A DNA stretch of 63,453 nt, counting the filler. It is 7 parts of 7 records of this genome, joined end to end, with 100 filler letters (N's around TTAATTAATTAA, not from the genome) between each part and the next. Parts side by side here need not be neighbours in the genome. Positions count along the whole stretch, not along the records: positions 55,743 to 63,453 come from SRR20825006_2406; 6 more parts are not named here. The stretch is one strand, 5' to 3'. The notes below the pieces were generated by a model that worked only from the letters and a program-made list of their open reading frames with translations, had not been told where the DNA came from and searched no databases. Below are positions 58,024 through 63,453 of this stretch, one piece after another (within the stretch, counting starts at the first letter, position 1; every line of letters starts with the position of its first letter). A program made the translations under genes and the position numbers.

Positions 58024-58497
58024 ATGAGCGCAGATAATCTGGATATGGACGGCGGGCCCGTCAGCGCGGACGAGATTGGCCGGATTGGGCTGTTTCTGGA
58101 TCTCGGGGAAGAAGAGCGCGCGGCGATCGCTTCGGTCTGCCGTAAACGCCGGTTCGCGGCCGGGCAGCTCATTATCTCCGACCAGGAAGCCGACCATGAC
58201 GTCTATTTCATGCTGGAAGGTTCCGCCGACGTCCAAAACCACACGATTATCGGCGATGCGCTGAAGCTTGATCAGTTGGGCGCCGGAGCTTATTTCGGCG
58301 AGCTTTCAGCACTGGATGGCGGTCCCCGGTCCGCCGAGGTTCTGGCAACGAACAATTGTATCGTTGCGGCAATGGCACCGAGCGATTTCCGAAATATGCT
58401 GTCGGAATACCCCTCGGTGCTGGTTTTGGTTCTGCACAATCTGGCCGTCATGATCCGTCATTCAAACCTGACGGTTCTGCAGCACGCGACCATCTAG
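58024..58497 (+). CDS. Stand-alone cyclic nucleotide-binding domain protein
   Basis: FGELSALDGGPRSA phosphate-binding cassette; no HTH. Confidence 0.88.
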   Translation: MSADNLDMDGGPVSADEIGRIGLFLDLGEEERAAIASVCRKRRFAAGQLIISDQEADHDVYFMLEGSADVQNHTIIGDALKLDQLGAGAYFGELSALDGGPRSAEVLATNNCIVAAMAPSDFRNMLSEYPSVLVLVLHNLAVMIRHSNLTVLQHATI

Positions 58498-58507
58498 ACT
58501 GATGGGA

Positions 58508-58828
58508 TCAGCTCTCGTCCTCGGCGGGATCATCCTCGCGGCGGCCGTCGGCCGAGCGGGTGAGGCGGCCCATGAGCTGTTCCAGGGCGGCATGCAGGTT
58601 GCGCACGCCCGAGCGGGACATGATCATGCGGGAAACCACGGCATGCTCGACCTGTGAGCCGTCGATATTGAACCGGGTGTTCACTAGATTGATCCGAACA
58701 ACACCGTCCCGCACCATGGCGCCGATGACACCGTCGACGAAAATATCCTGGCATTCCGGGGCGATCACGATGTTCGGCTGCTGTCCGGCCGCCTGACCCC
58801 CGGTGTTGGTATTTGAAGTGTCGCTCAT
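58508..58828 (-). CDS. Hypothetical protein (DUF3467-like)
   Basis: IFVDG...GVVRINL...SRMIMS pattern. Confidence 0.65.
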   Translation of the reverse strand: MSDTSNTNTGGQAAGQQPNIVIAPECQDIFVDGVIGAMVRDGVVRINLVNTRFNIDGSQVEHAVVSRMIMSRSGVRNLHAALEQLMGRLTRSADGRREDDPAEDES

Positions 58829-59048
58829 TGAAGTCCGCCCGACATAATTTTGTGCCAAATTCGATCTAATACCGATAACACGTTGCCACCGTTGGCGGAA
58901 GATCGTTCGGGCGGCCCGGAGCTATTTCCATAAGGATTGCCAAATGTTGCGGTGCGGCGCAGACTCTGGCTTATCCTGACTGCTCTGTCCCCCGCCTTGG
59001 AGAAATCCCATTCTTCCGCAGTCTTTTCTGGACTGGCGCGTCCTGCTT

Positions 59049-60332
59049 TTGACGTCCGTATGGGCCGGTTCCGTTGCCGGGCTCTTCCTTTCCGTCCCGA
59101 TGCTCGATCATATCGTTGCCGGTGGTCTGTTGCTTTTCGTGCTTGGCACGTTGCCGCAGGCGCGGCTGGAGACGAAGATTCTCGTCGGTATTGGCACGGT
59201 CGTGACGCTTGTGTTGATCTTCACCATTGCCGCTCCGGCGGACGTCTGGCGGGGCCTTGAGCGCACGCTGATTTTCGCCGGACTGCTGCCGACACTGAAG
59301 ATGACACGGGAAGTCGCCCGGCTGATGCCGTCCGTGCGGAAGAGCCAGGACAGGCTGGCGGCACTTCCCGACAGCGCGGCGGATGTCGGTATCACCATTG
59401 GCGCGACGGTGTTCGGCTCGGTTCTGAATACGGGCTCTTTTGCTCTGGTTTCCGCCGTGGTGCCCGCCGATGCAAGCGACGAACGCCGCCGTTCGGCTGC
59501 CTGCGCGTCGATGCGGGGCATGAGCATCGCGGTGCTCTGGTCGCCCTTCTTTGTCGGGTTTGCCGTAGCCGGCACCTATCTGCCGATGGTCGAGCTCTGG
59601 GAGATCATTCCGTTCGGCTTCATCTGCGTCTGCATCGCCATTGCTATCGGGCTTGCCATGTTTGCCCGGCCGTTCAGCTTCCGGGCCGTCGGTGCCGCGC
59701 TTGCCTGCCTCAGGCCGATTGCGTCGAGGCTGGGGATCGCCGCCGGTGCGGTCATTCTGGTTGGAACTTTCACGCCGCTTTCGACACTTGGCTCCATCCT
59801 GGTGGTGATGCCGTTGCTCTGCATGTTGCAGTTTTTCCGCAGGCCGGACGCGTTACGGCCGGTGCTGGAGAAAACGGCGGAGGGCATGAAGGATCTCGGG
59901 GACGATCTTGCGCTTGTCGCCGTTGCCATTGTGGTCGGCACCGTCGCCGGGGAAGCGGATGCGATTATTGTCCATGTCGCCCCGCTGCTTGAAGGCGGCT
60001 TACCGGCGCCGGTCCTGCTGGCTCTGATGATCGGTATTCAGCTCATTCCTGCCATTGTCGGCATTCATCCGATCATCACCGGGACGATCTTTCTCGCCGC
60101 GCTGACAAGCCTTGATCACGGGGTCCTGCCGCTGGCTCTCTATGAAGCCATGCTCGCGGGATGGGGGCTCGGCGCCATGATTTCCATCGCTTCCCTGTCA
60201 GTGGTCACGGCCGGATCGATGTTCGATGTGCCGCCGACCCGCGTCGCGATCGGCCCGAATCTCGCCTATGTGTTCGTGGTCTGGGCCGTGCTTGTGCCGA
60301 TCCTCAGCATCCTGCACTACGCCTTGATCTGA
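59049..60332 (+). CDS. Polytopic membrane protein, probable transporter
   Basis: Many hydrophobic segments; RG...WSPFF motif. Confidence 0.8.
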   Translation: MTSVWAGSVAGLFLSVPMLDHIVAGGLLLFVLGTLPQARLETKILVGIGTVVTLVLIFTIAAPADVWRGLERTLIFAGLLPTLKMTREVARLMPSVRKSQDRLAALPDSAADVGITIGATVFGSVLNTGSFALVSAVVPADASDERRRSAACASMRGMSIAVLWSPFFVGFAVAGTYLPMVELWEIIPFGFICVCIAIAIGLAMFARPFSFRAVGAALACLRPIASRLGIAAGAVILVGTFTPLSTLGSILVVMPLLCMLQFFRRPDALRPVLEKTAEGMKDLGDDLALVAVAIVVGTVAGEADAIIVHVAPLLEGGLPAPVLLALMIGIQLIPAIVGIHPIITGTIFLAALTSLDHGVLPLALYEAMLAGWGLGAMISIASLSVVTAGSMFDVPPTRVAIGPNLAYVFVVWAVLVPILSILHYALI

Positions 60333-61240
60333 GGTTGTTTCGCCCGGCGGGTCATCACCAGAAAGACGGCGGAAACCACGGCGGTGAGGGCGGCATAATC
60401 GACCAGCCCCGGAACGGTGCCGAAGATCATGGCATCCGTGATCACGCCGACAACCGGAACCATCAGCGTGCCGACGGTGGAGACAACGACCGGCAGCATG
60501 TTCACCACGCTGAAATAGGCCCAGTAACAGAAGATGCCGGTGATCGTCATGTTGTAGACAAGGCCGAGCGTCGGGATCAGGCTCACGCTGTCCGGCATGT
60601 GCTGGTAGTCCCAGAAAACAGCAATCAGGGCGACCGGCAGCGCGCCGAGCATCTGTTGCCATCCGGTCAGCACGGTGACCGACATGGAAAAGCGGAAATA
60701 TTTCACCGCGGCCGTTCCGGCGCCCCAGCTCATCGCGGCAATGACGACCAGCGCCGGGCCGAGCGGATCGCCCGACACGGCGCGGTCGTCACCGAAGAAC
60801 AGCAGGCCCATGCCGACAAGGCCCAGGCCCAGTGCTAGAACCGACCGGGCGCGCAAGGGCTCCTTGACCAACCATGCGCCGGTCAAGGTTGCCCAGAGCG
60901 GCATGGTGTATGCGAGAATTGCGGCCCGGCCGGATTCCATAAGGTCAATGCCGTAGAGCACCGCAATGTTCCAAACAGACATATTGAGTAGGGAGACTAT
61001 GAGCAGTCCCTTCCACTCGGCGCGCGGCACGCGGAGCGTCTGTCCATTGGCTTTCGCCATCGCAAACAGGCCCAGCCCGGCCGAAATTCCGGCGATGGCC
61101 CGGAACACAAAGGGCGGATATTCGGCGAGGGACAGTTTCATCACCGGCCAGTTGAGGCCCCAGAGCAAGGCGAGCATGGCCAGCAGGAAGATCGCGAAAG
61201 GCGGGATCTCTGCCGTTTTTTGCGACAAGGGTTGGTTCAC
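60317..61240 (-). CDS. DMT/EamA family transporter
   Basis: LWGLNWPVMK, PPFVFR, LAYTMPLW and LMVPVVGV motifs; start trimmed to GTG at 61240. Confidence 0.9.
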   Translation of the reverse strand: MNQPLSQKTAEIPPFAIFLLAMLALLWGLNWPVMKLSLAEYPPFVFRAIAGISAGLGLFAMAKANGQTLRVPRAEWKGLLIVSLLNMSVWNIAVLYGIDLMESGRAAILAYTMPLWATLTGAWLVKEPLRARSVLALGLGLVGMGLLFFGDDRAVSGDPLGPALVVIAAMSWGAGTAAVKYFRFSMSVTVLTGWQQMLGALPVALIAVFWDYQHMPDSVSLIPTLGLVYNMTITGIFCYWAYFSVVNMLPVVVSTVGTLMVPVVGVITDAMIFGTVPGLVDYAALTAVVSAVFLVMTRRAKQPQIKA

Positions 61241-61390
61241 GGGCGAAGAGCCCCTAACTCTGTGAAGGGTGTATGAAGAGTAAAGTTTGCTAACCCATTT
61301 GTTGCTTGAGTGCCAGACTTCTAAAACCCTAACATCCGCGCAAGAGATTTCGGCCGCTGCGTCCGCAGTGGCCCGACCAGGAGGGACTTC

Positions 61391-63453
61391 ATGGTAAAAT
61401 TCGGCATTGGCCAGGCGATCAAACGCGTTGAAGATCAGCGGCTGCTGACCGGCCAGGGCACTTATACGGATGACGTTACGCCCGACGGCACGGCCCGGGC
61501 CTTCATCCTGCGTTCTCCCTATGCTCATGCACGGATCAAGGGGATCGATACGGCGGACGCGGAAGCGGCCCCCGGCGTTATAGCGGTGCTGACCAACAAA
61601 CATGTTCAGGAAGACGGACTGGGCGATCTGCCTTGCCTCGCACCGGCGCCGAACAAGGATGGCAGCGCGCGGGCCGATACCCCGCGTCCGATTCTCGAAG
61701 GCGACCGGGTGCGCCATGTCGGCACGCCGGTTGCCATGATCATCGCGGAGACGCTGGACCAGGCACGGGACGCGTCGGAGCTGGTCGATATCGAGTACGA
61801 ACCGCTGGAGGCCGCTACCGATACCGAGGGCGCGACCAGGCCGGGGGCTGCCCAGCTCTATGACCACATCCCGCACAATGTCTGCTTCGACTGGCACAAG
61901 GGCGACCTTGAGATGGCCGAGGCCGCCTTCACCCGGGCAAAGCAGGTCGTTCGCACCAAGGTCGTGAATAATCGCATCATCGTGAACTCGATGGAGCCGC
62001 GCGGCGCCGTCGGCCTCTATGACGCGGAGACAGATCGCACGACTCTCTACAGCTCGACCCAGGGCCCGTCCTTCATCCATCCGCATCTGGCGGAGGCGGT
62101 GCTGAAGATCGACAAGGACAAGCTGCGCTGCATCACCACCGATGTCGGCGGCGGCTTCGGCATGAAGATTTTCCTCTATCCCGAACAGTGCCTGCTCGCC
62201 TGGGCCTCACGCCGTCTCAAGAGGGCGGTGAAATACACCCCGGAACGCTCCGAAGCCTTCATGAGCGACACCCAGGGCCGGGACAATGTCAGCTATGTCG
62301 ATGCCGCACTGGACGAGAACGGCAAGATCATCGGCATGAAGGTCGAGACCTTCGCCAATCTCGGCGGCTATCTCTCGAATTTCGGCCCCTTCATCCCGAC
62401 CGAGGCGGGCACGCACATGCTTTCCGGCGTGTACGACATTCCGGTGATCTATGTGAATGTGAAGGGTGTCCTGACCAACACCACGCCGGTGGATGCCTAT
62501 CGCGGCGCGGGCCGGCCGGAAGCGGCCTATCTGATCGAACGGGTGATCGACAATTGCGCGGCGGAAACCGGCCTTGGCCGGGACGAGATCCGGCGCCGCA
62601 ATTTCATCACGCCGGAGCAGATGCCCTACAGCACCACGCTCGGCAATGTCTATGACACCGGCGAGTTCCAGACCGTCATGGAAAAGTGCATGGCGAAGGC
62701 GGACTGGAACGGTTTCGCCGCCCGCAAGGCTGAATCCGTGAAGGCGGGCAAGCTGCGCGGCATTGGTCTTGGCTATTACGTCGAGAAATGTGGCGGCGGC
62801 AATCCGGAGACGGCGGATATCCGCTTCACCGAGGACAACAAGATCGAGATCTATATCGGCAACCAGTCGAACGGGCAGGGGCACGAGACCGCCTATGCCC
62901 AGGTTCTGGGCGACGTGCTCGGGGTCGAGGGCGAGGATATCCGGATCATCCAGGGCGACACGGACCGCACGCCTCCGGGCATGACCGGTGGCTCCCGCGC
63001 TCTGCCGGTGGGCGGCGTCGCCGTGCTGCTTGGTGGCCGCGAGATTGTCGAGAAGGGCAAGAAGGTCGCGGCCCGGGTGATGGAATCCGCGATAGAGGAT
63101 ATCGAGTTCGCCGACGGCACCTTCACCGTCGCCGGGACCGACAAGACCATGTCGATTTTCGATGTTCATCGCGAGGCGAAGAGCGAGGAAGAGGCCGGTC
63201 TCGACACTGTTCACAAGCGCACGCCGGAAGCGGCGACCTTCCCGAACGGTTGCCATGTCTGCGAGCTGGAGATCGACCCGGATACCGGCATCGTCGAGAT
63301 CCAGAGATACAGCGTGGTCGACGATTTCGGCTCGGTCATCAACCCGAACCTTCTGGCGGGCCAGGTGCATGGCGGCGTCGGTCAGGGCCTCGGCCAGGCA
63401 CTTTACGAGCACACGATCTATGACGACGAGAGCGGCCAGCTCGTGACCGGCTC
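61391..63453 (+). CDS. Xanthine dehydrogenase family molybdopterin subunit, form II CoxL-like (3' end runs off the window)
   Basis: Manual translation MVKFGIGQAIKRVEDQRLLTG, LRSPYAHA, DVGGGFGMK, AYRGAGRPEA, GQGHET, GQVHGG; missing from the ORF track. Confidence 0.93.
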   Translation, partial: MVKFGIGQAIKRVEDQRLLTGQGTYTDDVTPDGTARAFILRSPYAHARIKGIDTADAEAAPGVIAVLTNKHVQEDGLGDLPCLAPAPNKDGSARADTPRPILEGDRVRHVGTPVAMIIAETLDQARDASELVDIEYEPLEAATDTEGATRPGAAQLYDHIPHNVCFDWHKGDLEMAEAAFTRAKQVVRTKVVNNRIIVNSMEPRGAVGLYDAETDRTTLYSSTQGPSFIHPHLAEAVLKIDKDKLRCITTDVGGGFGMKIFLYPEQCLLAWASRRLKRAVKYTPERSEAFMSDTQGRDNVSYVDAALDENGKIIGMKVETFANLGGYLSNFGPFIPTEAGTHMLSGVYDIPVIYVNVKGVLTNTTPVDAYRGAGRPEAAYLIERVIDNCAAETGLGRDEIRRRNFITPEQMPYSTTLGNVYDTGEFQTVMEKCMAKADWNGFAARKAESVKAGKLRGIGLGYYVEKCGGGNPETADIRFTEDNKIEIYIGNQSNGQGHETAYAQVLGDVLGVEGEDIRIIQGDTDRTPPGMTGGSRALPVGGVAVLLGGREIVEKGKKVAARVMESAIEDIEFADGTFTVAGTDKTMSIFDVHREAKSEEEAGLDTVHKRTPEAATFPNGCHVCELEIDPDTGIVEIQRYSVVDDFGSVINPNLLAGQVHGGVGQGLGQALYEHTIYDDESGQLVTG

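Noticed and set aside
61241-62086. Apparent 589-aa fusion with a long N-terminal extension on the EamA transporter
   Set aside because: The extension is the antisense of the CoxL-like gene. The transporter most likely starts near 61240.
46182-63453. CO-oxidation (cox) cluster made of CoxD/CoxE-like genes, moaA and a CoxL-like gene
   Set aside because: The genes are on different contigs from apparently different taxa. The large subunit has AYRGAGR (form II), not the AYxCSFR motif of true CO dehydrogenases.

Overview
This window is not one locus. Six 100-nt N spacers, each containing TTAATTAATTAA, join seven unrelated contigs. Taxon labels below are inferred from gene content only. (1) 1-6041: alphaproteobacterial chemotaxis genes (mcp, cheY, cheB, cheR, cheD and a CheZ-like ORF). 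(2) 6142-13108: Roseobacter-type soxBDAG, dnaG and rpoD. (3) 13209-28580: Roseobacter-type lysC-ptsP, a DnaA-box-rich oriC candidate, De Ley-Doudoroff galactonate genes and a DAGK/phosphoesterase/DedA trio. These are followed by an island integrated at tRNA-Cys that carries an iteron-containing replication initiator, two HipBA-type modules and a DUF6880-like gene. (4) 28681-37516: planctomycete-type type IV pilus/T2SS cluster (pilB, pilT, pilB, four-helix-bundle gene, pilC, pilins). (5) 37617-49760: gammaproteobacterial housekeeping and accessory genes. (6) 49861-55642: alphaproteobacterial DUF3576-[mini-LeuRS]-lptE-holA facing rsmG-parA-parB, with a parS site. (7) 55743-63453: alphaproteobacterial atuA-like genes, a DEDDh exonuclease, transporters and a form II CoxL-like gene. 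The three most striking observations are these. First, a four-helix-bundle (23S rRNA IVP/bAvd-like) gene is bracketed by inverted arrays of 7-nt repeats with a perfect 16-bp inverted repeat inside a pilus operon, and an ORF-less look-alike (inverted 8-nt repeat arrays) sits at the neighbouring junction. Second, an intact 231-aa LeuRS-derived protein without catalytic motifs occupies the leuS slot. Third, the tRNA-Cys island has a readable origin and operator architecture.
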